64,000 nt of DNA from the NCBI GenBank assembly GCA_951406725.2, contig OX597826.1:49786001-49850000 (forward strand), in the 5' to 3' direction. The stretch comes from Octopus vulgaris. Taxonomy: Eukaryota. Every line of letters starts with the position of its first letter. Positions within the stretch are counted from its first letter, which is position 1. The notes beneath the pieces are model-generated. The model had not been told where the DNA came from, ran no database searches, and was given only the letters and a program-made list of their open reading frames with translations. Positions 14,063 to 26,966 of the stretch are shown piece by piece. The position numbers and the translations under genes were made by a program.

Positions 14063-14159
14063 ATTACAATACTGATTAAGCCATACGTCTAACAAGTATT
14101 AGTGTTAATATTATTGAGCTCTCTCCTACTGAGATAAGTAAGGTCTGTTAACATCATAC

Positions 14160-14480
14160 TTATATCCAGATGGCTCAAATAGCTAGACCATGTTACACGG
14201 ATGGATGACTCCAGAATCCACAGGCAAGAGTCGTATGGAGAACTAGCATACGGAAGAAGGAGCATAGGACATACAAAGATGTGCTTTAAGAACCAATGTA
14301 AAACTACCCTGAAAGAGTTCTCCACCGATGAATGAAAAGGGAAAGAGTCGGTACCGTAGCATGTGGAAATCAGTTGCGCACAGAGAAGACAAATCTTATG
14401 AAGATACTCGCATTGAACATGCTGAGGAGGCAGGTCAAAGGCGGATGTGCTCATCAGTGGTAGACACTTCTGTCACAACG
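14160..14480 (+). pseudogene. RTE-clade LINE ORF C-terminal fragment
   Basis: Translates as RWLK*LDHVTRMDDSRIHRQESYGELAYGRRSIG...FKNQCKTTLKE, matching the RTE motif RLRWLGHV.RM.D.RIPK..LYGEL..G.R..GRP. Confidence 0.75.
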
Positions 14481-14860
14481 CCTCTAGAGGATGTGTCACA
14501 AAGCTTCATATGAGAAGGGGAGATAACCTCGAGAAACAACAATTCTTGAAATTGCCTTAGCACGGCAGTTGTCCTGCCTGTCTCCATCAACCACGGGACT
14601 TACTTAGACATACGCAAAACAGTATAAGATATTTACGGCTTTGTGTCAAAGACAGCTGGGATGCCCTTCGACGATGGTCGTCAAGATTAAGACTAATCTA
14701 GGGTTAAACAACAATGCCCATAGATGAAGACCAAAGTTCATCACGATCAGTTAATCCATTTCCAGAGTGACTTGATTTTCTTCCATTCCGCCTCCTACAA
14801 GTTTTTCTGGAGTTGTGGACCTTGGAAAAACTCCCATCCAATTAGATTGTAAACAATGTA

Positions 14861-15268
14861 GGCGCAGGAGTGGCTGTGTGGTAAGTAGCTTGCCTACCAA
14901 CCACATGGTTCCGGGTTCAGTCCCACTGCGTGGCACCTTGGGCAAGTGTCTTCTACTATAGCCTCGGGCCGACCAAAGCCTTGTGAGTGGATTTGGTAGA
15001 CGGAAACTGAAAGAAGCCCGTCGTATATATGTACATATATATATATGTGCGTGTATGTTTGTGTGTCTGTGTTTGTCCCCCTAGCATTGCTTGACAACCG
15101 ATGCTGGTGTGTTTATGTCCCCGTCACTTAGCGGTTCGGCAAAAGAGACCGATAGAATAAGTACTGGGCTTACAAAGAATAAGTCCCGGGGTCGAGTTGC
15201 TCGACTAAAGGCGGTGCTCCAGCATGGCCGCAGTCAACTGACTGAAACAAGTAAAAGAGTAAAAGAGA
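14861..15268 (+). mobile_element. SINE family A, full length
   Basis: GGCGCAGGAGTGGCTGTGTGGTAAG...CACCTTGGGCAAGTGTCTT...GACTGAAACAAGTAAAAGAGTAAAAGAG. Confidence 0.93.
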
Positions 15269-15752
15269 ATGTTTGCAAAATATTTAAGCATCTATTCACA
15301 GGTCTTTAATTCTTTGCTCCGCGATTCTCAGCATTCCTGTCTACTGCTATATAGTCCGGGGTATCAAAATCAACGTCCGTTATTTTCATTTCACACTGAT
15401 AACTTCTCCGGTAGAACTAGAACGTCTTACAGCTGTATCCGGCTATATATCCACCACCACGACCACTAGTGTAATTACCGAATCTGCGGGTACCTTATGC
15501 ATGCGGTTCGGGTGGAATGTTCTTTATTAGCAGATGTTGTAAAGGAAAAAAAAAACTGCAGCTAATGTTATTATGGTGTTTATTTACCATTTTTTACAAG
15601 GATGCAAAATTTCTTGCGGAAGAGCATTCGTAGTATTGATGATTTAACCAATCGAGCTCTAATGCTCTAGATCAGTATTCAGAAAACGAACATCACACAC
15701 ACATACACACACACACGCGCGCGCGCGCGCGTGTGTATGTGTGTGTGGGGGG

Positions 15753-16062
15753 GGGCGCAATGGTCCAGTGGTTAGGGCAGCGGACTCGCGGTCGTAGGAT
15801 CGCGGTTTATATTCACAGACTGGGCGTTGTGAGTGTTTATTCAGCGAAAACACTAAAGCTCCACGAGGCTCCGGCAGGTGGGGGGGGGGGCGATCCCTGC
15901 TGTACTCTTTCGTCACAACTTTCTCTCACTCTTTCGTCTGTTGGCCTGCTCGTTTAGCCAGCGGGGTGGCGTCATTTGAGGCTAAAACAATGCGAAGCGC
16001 ATTGTGACCAGCGATGTGTAGCAACATCTGATAGCCTGGTCGGTCACGGTGATCACGGTGAT
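15753..16062 (+). mobile_element. tRNA-derived SINE, family E
   Basis: GGCGCAATGGTCCAGTGGTTAGGGCAGCGGACTCGCG tRNA-like head. The body (aagctccacgaggctccggc...ctgtactctttc) recurs inverted at about 26425-26530. Confidence 0.75.
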
Positions 16063-16199
16063 ATATATATATTTACATGTACTCTTCCGGATAAGAGTTT
16101 TGCGTCTAAATATTTCGCTTAGGCATTGTGATACTAATAACCATTGTGTAGAACTCAATAGATGCTTCAGAATGAAGGCCGAGCGGCTTTCTCATTTTC

Positions 16200-16337
<138 letters not shown>

Positions 16338-16959
16338 ATAAATGTACATAAATGCACTTCATATTTAAGGCTCCGATGAAGCTATAAGGCACTCAAATAT
16401 GAGTCCACTACATCTAATAGCAGAAACTGCTGTTAACTAATGAAGTTCATAAGACGATCGTTTTTTTTTTCTTTCCTTTAGGATGCCTTCTAACATTTAC
16501 CCGCCATTCTTGCCTTTTGGGCTCTGAGGCTATATTTTGCTCATTTCCTATTTATTTCGTCTTTGTCCATCGTCATATTAACTTTCGTATGTCCACTCTG
16601 TATTGCTTTGTTTGCTCTCGGCTCTATATTCTCCGCAACTTTCACGAGCACCGCCAGTATGGAAAGTTCTGTTTTACCATTAATGGTGCGAAACTAATAC
16701 CATCAGGTTGATAACTGATGAAGAATTAGGGACCTTCTGTGCTTGTCTCCCGCCCGGTTGTACACTCAGTATGTTATACGTTTTTTACCTGCCGTCTGTT
16801 TATTTACAATACATTTTGTTTCATTTATTAAGTAGCGGAACGCAACGCACGCCGGCTTTCATTAACAGTAAGCTTTATGTGTAAGGGTGTGTATGTGTGT
16901 GTCTATAATACGCACAGGTTCAATTTCATTCCTTTATTATATCCTTGCATATACACACG

Positions 16960-17002
<43 letters not shown>

Positions 17003-17008
17003 CATACA

Positions 17009-17063
<55 letters not shown>

Positions 17064-17068
<5 letters not shown>

Positions 17069-17282
17069 CTTTACTGCCCACAAGGGGCTAAACACAGAGG
17101 GGACAAACAAGGACAGACAAACGGATTAAGTTGATTACATTAAACCCCAGTGCGTAACTGGTACTTAATTTATCAACCCCGAAAGGATGAAAAGCAAAGT
17201 CGACCTCGGCGGAATTTGAACTCAGAACGTAACGACAGACGAAATACCGCTAAGCATTTCGCCCAGCACGCTAACGCTTCTG
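17064..17282 (-). mobile_element. SINE family B, type-A tail
   Basis: Reverse complement contains GAGTTCAAATTCCGCCGAGGTCGACTTTGCTTTTCATCCTTTCGGGGTTGATAAATTAAGTACCAG (Deu/Nin-like) and the tail TTAGCCCCTTGTGGGCAGTAAAGAAATA. Confidence 0.9.
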
Positions 17283-17964
17283 ACATACATACATACATAC
17301 ATACATACATACATACATACATACATACATACATACATACATACATACATGTATAAAAATATATACATCGATATTCACGGAATGAAACATATACGCATAT
17401 AACTCAGGTGTGCTATGGCCAAATTCTGACCCAGGCCATGTCTAACTTAATAGCACCACCTGATAGGATCAGTTAAGTCATTGTTAAAACAAAAGGGAAA
17501 CACTCGTGGATGCCAGCGTAATGAAATCGCGTCCTCAGATTAAATTAGCAAATGACTTAATTAAATCAACTCAGTCAGTGATTAACGTGCCCCAGTTGAT
17601 GCATCTCAGTTACAGTACTTCACACAGAGTATAGTGACACCTTTGCTACTGCACCAGCGCAACCATTTCAGCAATCAACATTGTCAAGGCTGAGTCGACA
17701 TTTATTATAATCATGCAGACTCACTTGCACGCCTGCAAGTTTATTATATATATACATATGCATGTTTGTCCTTACGCATATGTTTGTGAACTAGCTTGCA
17801 TGCATATGAGCACAAATTTCTAGTCTACTTCCTTTTAAAGCACGTGTTAATGAGATCATGATATTATAGAAGTGTGAGTAATTTTCCATTTACGCTCTTA
17901 CTACAGACTCACTTGCATGTTTGCACATTTATTATACACTATTATTATTATTATTATTATTATT

Positions 17965-18518
17965 GAGTGAGAGAGCAGTTCATGCCATCAAAGTGACACT
18001 GGGGTAAAATATACGAAGCCCAATATACCCATCATGACTACCCGTCTGATAAAGGTACACCAGGCACATGCATCACAACCATATGTGCGCGACGTGGTGA
18101 TCTCATATCAAGATAAACAGCACATGACCTTGCAGGTGGGGCCCAGTTACAATTTTCTTCAGGTTGAGTAGCCCATCCCGCTCAAACGGTCCCTGAATAA
18201 GGGTTGTTTAAGGATGTTGAAAGAACCACCCATGTTTCCAGAGGTGAACTATTCAAACCCCAAAGAATCCCTCTCAACACATGGCTATGATACTCCCCCA
18301 CTACTTCTGCTCGTGATCAGAGATGCACATATCGTCAGCCACTAAGGGACATGCTCAACTGGTTAAGGTCAAACAACTGATAAGCAAATCTGTGGTATTG
18401 AGCAGAATATTTGCTGTAGCCCATCTTTTATACCAAGACAAAACAATGTACATGATAACACTTCCAATCAGTTAAGATCAGAAGCCATGAGAGCCACTGC
18501 CTGGTACTGCATCAGGGC
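17965..18518. mobile_element. Unclassified ~555-bp interspersed element embedded in (TTA)n
   Basis: Sharp, more GC-rich block (GAGTGAGAGAGCAG...CTGCATCAGGGC) bounded on both sides by (TTA)n. No ORF, TIR or Pol III head recognised. Confidence 0.55.
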
Positions 18519-18570
<52 letters not shown>

Positions 18571-18667
18571 GTTGTTGTTGTTGTTGCTGTTGTTGTTGTT
18601 GTTATCATTATTATCATTATTAACATTATTATTATCATTATTATATATATATATGTATATGTATATA

Positions 18668-18703
<36 letters not shown>

Positions 18704-18719
18704 TGTATGTATATATGAA

Positions 18720-18953
18720 TTCTTTACAACCCACAAGGGGCTAAACACAGAGGGGACAAACAAGCGGATTAAGTCGATTACATCGACCCCAGTGCGTAAC
18801 TGGTACTTAATTTATCGACCCCGAAATTTAATTTATCGAAAGGATGAAAGGCAAAGTCGACCTCGGCGGAATTTGAACTCAGAACGTAACGGCAGACGAA
18901 ATACGGCTACGCATTTCGCCCGGCGTGCTAACGGTTCTGCCAGCTCGCCGCCT
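18720..18953 (-). mobile_element. SINE family B, full head
   Basis: Ends gccagctcgccgcc (head GGCGGCGAGCTGGCAG on the minus strand); Deu/Nin-like core present. Confidence 0.9.
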
Positions 18954-19370
18954 TTGACGGTGGAACCATTTCTATGTACAAACACACTTACTTACCAGTT
19001 TATTTCCATTCAAACCATGTTAATGGGATCATGGTATTATACACAAGTGTGGCTACTTTATGTTTATATATCAACTACAAACTCACTTGCATATCTGCAT
19101 ATTTGCTATATTGATACACATATAAGTATGATCTTACGAGTATGTCTGTAGATTATTTTGTATACACACGCACACTCATAAATACATACTTTGACAACTC
19201 CTCTTATAGAATACTCTGTTAATTTTTGTTTCATAACTTTTCTCTGTATTCTGTTCAAAATATCTGGGTGCTGGAAATAAAAGTCCTGTTTCTCTGTAGC
19301 AAAATTTAAAATGGCACAAGTAAATTACTTTATCGGAAAGTAGTGAATGTAATATATGTCTCCAATAAAA

Positions 19371-19492
19371 GCTTCCCAACCACATGGTCCCGGGTTCAGT
19401 CCCACTGCATGGCACCTTGGGCTTGTGTCTTATACTATATAGCATCGGGCCGACCAATACCTTGTGAGTGGATTTGGTAGACGGAAACTGAA

Positions 19493-19539
<47 letters not shown>

Positions 19540-19545
19540 ATAAAG

Positions 19546-19638
<93 letters not shown>

Positions 19639-19878
19639 GTGTGTGTATCTTTATGTATGTGTGTATTTGTGTGTCTGTGTTTGTCCCTCCACTATCGCTT
19701 GACAACCGATGTTGGTGTGTTTGTATCCCCGTAACTTAGCGGTTCAGCAAAAGATACCGATAGAAATAAGTACTACGCTTACAAAGAATAAGTCCTGGGG
19801 TCGATTTGTTCGACTAAAAACGATGTTCCAACATGGCCGCAGGCAAATGACTGAAACGAGTAAAAGAATGAAAGAATA
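19371..19878 (+). mobile_element. SINE family A with expanded internal microsatellite
   Basis: gcttcccaaccacatggtcccgggttcagtccc...caaatgactgaaacgagtaaaagaatg. Confidence 0.88.
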
Positions 19879-20140
19879 ATAGAATATCAGTATTCATTTA
19901 TTTTGGAATATTACCTCTCTTTCTCGTTGTCTTACACACACACACTCCCTCTCCCTCTTTCTCCTTCCCTCTCTCTCTATATTATGTATATATATATATA
20001 TGCTTTTACTGTGAATGGTTTATCGAGTCCCACGCGTACGGAAGACCTACTTTTTTTCTGTCAAGGGCTCATATGCCCCATTATTAGACTATTTTCTTTA
20101 GTCATTGTGCAGTGATCGCTCTAAACTTTAAACTTATAAA

Positions 20141-20251
<111 letters not shown>

Positions 20252-20588
20252 CACACACACATATATACACATACACTTATATGTGTAAATTTATTTACAT
20301 ACATAGATATGTATGCATGTATGTATGCACATATACATACATGCAGATGTGTGCGTGTGTGTGTGTATGCACTGACTGAGAAATATACCCGGAGTCATGA
20401 AACGCATGAATGCTCAACAGTGAAGTTGACGCTGGCATATTTTATGTAATAAACCATGAAATTCTAATTAATTATTTAAAAAAATAGACGCTTGGTGTAT
20501 ACGCTTACATGCACACTTGTACACAATCATATATACATTATTTATATATAAGCTTACACATGCATAGATTAATACATATATCTGTACT

Positions 20589-20698
<110 letters not shown>

Positions 20699-21376
20699 TG
20701 TGTGTGTGTGTATAGATGTACATAAGCGTGTGAGTTGGTGTATGAAATGGTGACAGGAGTATGCCAGAGTTGCCTGATGTACTACTGTGCTATTCTTTAA
20801 ACAAAGAACTTTTCAGAAAATAGTAAGAGAAGAGGACGAATAAATAACTAATGAAGAAAGCGTGAGATAAGTAAATGACAGGCTAGAATGTCATGAGATC
20901 GTAAGGGGGATGGTTGTGACGTCATTCTATCTCTGGTTGTGTGACGGTGTCACGGCTTTGAGATGTGATAAGCGACAGAGGGGAGCGTAACACACGACGG
21001 GCGATCTGTAAAATTGACCAATAAATTCGAGCAAATCTTTCTATCAAACTGCTCCCTATGGCGACCCCAAGCGGTGCCAATTATGCAAGATTTTCACTTG
21101 TTTATTTGTTTGTTTGATTCTATTTGTTTTATTGTTTTAGTTCGACATTTTATTTACTTTATGCTATTCACTTATGTTTATCTTTTTGTTTGCTTATTGT
21201 AATTCTTATTCCCTTCTTGTTGTTTTGATTTTGGGAGACAGTGTTGTCGGGGGAGATGACTTTATTTCATTCTTTCCATTTATATTTGGAGAGGTTAACT
21301 TTCCGGTACATTTGTTTATTTTACTTTCAGTTTAATATGTGCCGTTGTATATATGTATATATGTATATATGTATCT

Positions 21377-21407
<31 letters not shown>

Positions 21408-21422
21408 CATACATATATGTGC

Positions 21423-21506
<84 letters not shown>

Positions 21507-21878
21507 ATATAATATAATATAATATAATATAATATAATGCATGTGTGTGTATGAATATATGTACATAGATATATAGAGAGAGATAGATAGATATCATTAG
21601 AGATGTCATATGTGTGTGTATGTATATATGTATGTATGTATGTATGCAATAAAACCTCAGTAAACTACGAACCCTGAAAAAGTATAACCTTTACCACAAC
21701 TAGAAACCCTATGAAGGACAATCACGCAATATCAGTGTAGTTGATATACACAGCAACAAAACTACCATAAACTAAAAAAACTAAGAAACCCCTAAACAAA
21801 GTTCAACCCTACACGAAGAGGGAATTCAATACATTTATGTGCACATACATTTATACACACGAACACGAATGTGTGTGA

Positions 21879-21932
<54 letters not shown>

Positions 21933-22014
21933 ACATGACTTATTCGTCATCAGAGTTGTTCGAACACCGAGGTACTAGTGTATACAAATTATAAAGATAA
22001 TTTTAAAAAATATA

Positions 22015-22101
22015 CAGTACAATACTGTTCCTACTACACGGATTTTCACCTATCACGGGGGATTTTGGAACATAACACCCGCGATAGTCGAGGGATTACT
22101 G
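22015..22101. mobile_element. Tiny pogo/Tigger-type MITE
   Basis: TA|CAGTA...CCCGCGATAGTCGAGGGATTACTG|TA, with TA TSD and a CAGT-type TIR. Confidence 0.6.
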
Positions 22102-22124
22102 TATGTATATATATTGTTTAATCG

Positions 22125-22508
22125 TTTTTTTTTTGTTTCAGTCATTTGACTGAGGCCATTCTGGAGCACAGACTTTAGCCGAACAAATCGATCCCAAGGC
22201 TTATTCCTTGTAAGCCTAATACTTATTCTATCGGTCTCTTTTTCCGAACCCCTAAATACGGGGACGTAAACACACCAACATCGGTCGTTAAACGATGGTG
22301 GCTGGGACAGACACAGACACACAAACACACACATATATAAATATACGACGGGTTTCTTTTAGTTTCCGTCTACCAAATCCACTCACAAAGCATTGGTTGT
22401 CCCGAGGTTATATTAGAAGACTCTTGCCCAAGGTGCCATACAGTGAGACTGGACCCGGAACTATGTGGTTGGTAAGCAAACTACTTACCACACAGCCACT
22501 CCTGCGCC
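22125..22508 (-). mobile_element. SINE family A, full length
   Basis: Ends cttaccacacagccactcctgcgcc; tail tgtttcagtcatttgactg at the left end. Confidence 0.9.
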
Positions 22509-22545
22509 TATATATATATATATATATATAATGAAAATAAATATA

Positions 22546-22678
22546 CAGTAGTACCCCAATTTTCGAACAACTCTGATAACAAATAAATCGTGCTTTATCT
22601 CCTGTCTTTCTCATAACCATCTAATAGAGTAGTACCTCAGTTTACGAACGCCTCTAATCACAAATAAATCGTGCTTTT
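22546..22678 (+). mobile_element. Two tandem Tigger/pogo-like 5' ends
   Basis: TA|CAGTAGTACCCCAATTTTCGAACAACTCTGATAACAAATAAATCGTGC, repeated as AGTAGTACCTCAGTTTACGAACGCCTCTAATCACAAATAAATCGTGC. Confidence 0.5.
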
Positions 22679-23190
22679 TATTATTTATATTATTATATGA
22701 TTGAACGCCACGCATCCGCTTCCAAGTCAGTTTTATCTTAATTCTGATGCGCACTCTATACGATCTTTTTACTCTTTCGTTTTTCTCTCTTTTTCTCTCT
22801 CTTATTCTTTTACCTCCTCTTTTCCCACTATTTTATCCTATTACTCTGTCACTCTCTCTCCCTCACTCCTCTTCCCTTGCTCACGTGGCTCCCACGTGAC
22901 CATCGGCCATCTTTCCTTCTTTCTCTTCGTTGTAGCTAGAACAAGGAAGACGTGTTCTTGTTTGTCTCCTGTCCTAGCTTGATATACACGTTCGCTCATT
23001 TAGGTTTAGCAGCCCTTCCTGTTTGTCTTCATTGTTTGTGTTACCTATTTTAACCCTCCGCAAAATCCCAAATTTTATTTAATTTGCTTTGCGGGAGCAA
23101 CTGTTTTATCGAAAGAATAGTTCATGTTCCATGTACTCGTGCTTCGTACTTTTTACTTGTACACGTTTCATGACGTCGTGTGCCCACATA

Positions 23191-23255
<65 letters not shown>

Positions 23256-23416
23256 GTATCGACTAAAGGCGGGGCTCCAGCATGGGCGCAGTCAAATCAC
23301 TGAAACAAGTAAGAGAGTAAAAGAGTGTGTGTGTGTGTCTGTCTGTGTATGTGTGTGTATGTATGTGTATATATCTACACATATACACACACATATACAT
23401 GCATGTATGTGTGTGC

Positions 23417-23481
<65 letters not shown>

Positions 23482-24444
23482 CTTTTCTTATATAAGCACA
23501 AGGCCGCATATTCGGGAGTAACAGTTTAACCTATTAAATCGATTCCGAACTTGACTGATGATGTTGACGATGACGATGATGATGATGATTATGATTTTTT
23601 TTAAACACGCACAAAACCCTAAACTCTGAGGGAAGTTGTAATCGATTACATGGCTCCCCGTATTTAACAGGTACTTATCTCTTAAACACCTCCCCCAACA
23701 CACACACACACACACGCCCTACCTTCCAAACGATGAAAAGTAAAGGTGACCGTCAGTAACAACGACAACAACAACAACAATACTTTACAACAATATGTGA
23801 ATGTCCATGCGAAGTTTCTCCTCTCTCACTCGCTCTCTCCATCATCTCGCAAATGGTATTCGCTTTCCCACGTTCCTGATATATTCTTAACAGCAAACGA
23901 GATTGGTGTTGCAGCTTTATTTCTGCGAGTATCAGGAATCCTGCTTCCCGACCTTCTCGTTTTTATCTGTGACTTTCTTTGGCAGGTGTCAATATTCGAA
24001 TTTTTTTTCTGTTTCAACTCCGCCCCCTTCTCCACCATCTGACATCAACTAGATTAGATAATTTCTATTTATGTCAACATTTTCAGGGTACAAAATAGAT
24101 TTTATTTCCTTTTTTAAAAAACAAAATTAAATTTTTACTCTGTATAGAAATTTTATTTCTATTGATAACATTCTTAGTAATGAGTTTAATTTAATTGTAA
24201 TCATCATTTCTGGTTTAGGCAAAAAGCTGGCAATTTTGAGGGCAGATGAGTAGTTGATAACCTTTGACCACAGTAATTAACCTGTACTCTGATTTATCGA
24301 CCCGAGAGGGATGAATGCATGGGTAACCTTGACAGGATTTGAACTGAGAATCTAATGACTCGGAAGAAATACCACAAAGCATATTTCATCAATTTCAACG
24401 TCTTCACCCGTCACCACTTACCCCTTTTTTATAATCTTTTCTTT

Positions 24445-24870
24445 TCTACTCTAGGCACAAGGCCCGACATTTTGAGGTAGGGGGCCAGTCGATTAGGTCG
24501 ACCCCAGTACGCAACTGGTACTTAATTTATCGATCCCGAAAGGATGACAAGCAAAGTCAACATCGGCGAAATTTGAACTCAGAACGTAACGGCAGACGAA
24601 ATACTGCTAAGCATTTCGCCCGGCGTGCTAACGTTTCTTATTTCTTTATTGCCCACAAGGGGCTAAACATAGAGGGGACAAACAAGGACAGACAAACGGA
24701 TTAAGTCGATTACATCGACCCCAGTGCGTAACTGGTGCTTAATTTATCGACCCCGAAAGGATGAAAGGCAAAGTCGACCTCGGAGGAATTTGAACTCAGA
24801 ACCAAAAGACAGACTAAATACTGCGAAGCATTTCGCACGGTATGCTAACGTATCTGCCAGCTCGCCGCCT
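24445..24870 (-). mobile_element. SINE family B dimer (type-A-tail unit followed by type-B-tail unit)
   Basis: Two colinear Deu/Nin-like units joined at 24638/24639. An older diverged copy lies at about 24215-24410. Confidence 0.88.
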
Positions 24871-24890
24871 TTTTTAATAATGTTTCTTAA

Positions 24891-25105
24891 GGCGGCGAGT
24901 TGCCTAAATCGTTAGCACGCCGGGCGAAATGCTTAGCTGCATTTCGTCCGTCTTCATGTTCTGAGTTCAAATTCTATCAAAGTCCATTTTGCCTTTCATC
25001 CTTTCGGGGTCGATGAAATAAGTACCAGTTAAATACTGCAGTCGATGTAATCGACTTAGCCCCTCCCCCGAAAATGCTGGCCTTGTGCCAAAATTTGAAA
25101 TCAAT
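24891..25105 (+). mobile_element. SINE family B, type-B tail
   Basis: GGCGGCGAGTTGCC...TTTGCCTTTCATCCTTTCGGGGTCGATG...GCTGGCCTTGTGCCAAAATTTGAAA. Confidence 0.88.
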
Positions 25106-25469
25106 AATAATGTTACTGATTTAAGCACAAGGCAAGAAATTCAGAATGGAAGTGTTTAGTAGATACCATTGACCCTAGTAGTTGACTGATATGTTATTTT
25201 ATCAATTCCGAAAAGATGAATGGTAAGGTTAACCGCCAACAACTGCTCCCCAAAACTCTACAAATTAAAGCAAATCTTTCATTGAAAACGAATGCGCGTT
25301 ATTCCAGACACAGACATAATAGAAAATAAGATAAAAGAAAAAGGAAATAGAAAATATTTGATAAGAGTCTGTGTATTTTAAGAATAAACTGGAAACCTAA
25401 ACCTCACTAATTTGTTAGTGAGAACCAGTGAACTTGCCATTGCGTGTTTGGTGACACACCATGCCTTGG

Positions 25470-25505
25470 ATGTTGTTGTTGTTGTTGTTGTTGTTGCTAT
25501 GGTTG

Positions 25506-25536
<31 letters not shown>

Positions 25537-25860
25537 TGTTGCTATTATTGCTGTTACTACTGATGTTGCTATTGTTGTTGTTGTTGCTGCTGTTACTATT
25601 ATTGTTGTTGCTAATGTTGTTGTTGCTGTTGTTGTTGTTGTGCTGTTGCTGCTTCTGTTGCTATTGTTGTTTTTGCTGCTGCTGTTGATGATGATAATGT
25701 TGCTATTATTGTTGCTGCTACTACAGTCGCTATATTGTTGTTGCTGCTGTTGCTTCTTCTTCTTCTTCTTCTTCTTCTTCTTCTTCTTCTTCTTCTTCTT
25801 CTTCTTCTTCTTCTTCTTCTTCTTCTTCTTCGTCGTCGTCGTCTTCTTCTTCTTCTTCTT
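25470..25860. repeat. Compound (GTT/GCT)n then (CTT)n microsatellite
   Basis: Direct inspection. Confidence 0.95.
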
Positions 25861-26023
25861 CCAATCAGAACTCACGCCATTAGCCACAAAGAATAATCTC
25901 TAATTCGAGCCTGCTCTAAGCTACTAAGAATGCGTGTGGCAACTTGAAGATCCACCCACTACACGCGAAAGACTAGCGGTTGCACGGGCGCGAAAGCTAC
26001 GTTGTTATCCTCATTCCGTAACC

Positions 26024-26254
26024 TATTTCTTTATCACCCACAAGGGGCTAAACACAGAGGGGACAAACAAGGACAGACATAGGTATTAAGTCGATTACAT
26101 CGACCCCAGTGCGTAACTGGCACTTAATTTATCAACCCCGAAAGGATGAAAGGCAAAGTCGACCTCGGCGAAATTTGAACTCAGAACGTAACGGCAGACG
26201 AAATACCGCTAAGCATTTCGCCTGGCGTTCTAACGTTTCTGCCAGCTCGCCGCC
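26024..26254 (-). mobile_element. SINE family B monomer, full length, with complex TSD
   Basis: Complete head to tail; ttgttatcctcattccgtaacc occurs at 26002-26023 and 26279-26300. Confidence 0.92.
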
Positions 26255-26532
26255 TTATCCTCATTCCTGTAATACTCATTGTTATCCTCATTCCGTAACC
26301 GGTGGCTTTTTAATGGGTGACGAGCTGAACCATCCTGGGGTACAGAGGATTCGCAATCTAGACTAGGGTCTGAAAGTTTACCACACCATAGTGGGTTACA
26401 CCATGGTTCCTCTGCTTTGTGGCAGAAGTAGGAAAAAAAGAGTGAGAGAAAGTTGTGGTGAAAGAGTACAGTGGGGTCCCCCCCTCCCCGCCGGAGCCTC
26501 GTGGAGCTTAGGTGTTTTTGCTCAATCGAAAC

Positions 26533-26966
26533 CGCGGCAGACGAAATACCTATTTCTTTACTACCCACAAAGGGCTAAACACAGAGAGGACAAACAAGGA
26601 CAGACAAACGGATTAAGTCGATTATATCGACCCCAGTGCGTAACTAGTACTTATTTAATCGACCCCGAAAGAATGAAAGGCAAAGTCGACCTCGACGAAA
26701 TTTGAACTCAGAACGTAACGGGAGACGAAATATCTATTTCTTTACTACCCACAAGGGGCTAAACACAGAGAGGACAGACAAGGACAGACAAACGGATTAA
26801 GTCGATTATATCGACACCAGTGCGTAACTGGTACTTATTTAATCGACCCCGAAAGGATGAAAGGCAGAGTCGACCTCGGCAGAATTTGAACCCAGAACGT
26901 AGCGGCAGACGAAATACCGCTAAGCATTTCGTCCGGCGTGCTAACCTTTCCGCCAGCTAGCCACCT
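26533..26966 (-). mobile_element. SINE family B head-to-tail multimer
   Basis: Full unit, a 184-bp 5'-truncated unit and the start of a third; junctions at 26549/26550 and 26733/26734. Confidence 0.9.

Noticed and set aside
26533-26966. Regularly spaced repeats that might suggest a CRISPR array
   Set aside because: The units are whole SINE bodies without unique spacers, the context is eukaryotic and there are no cas genes.
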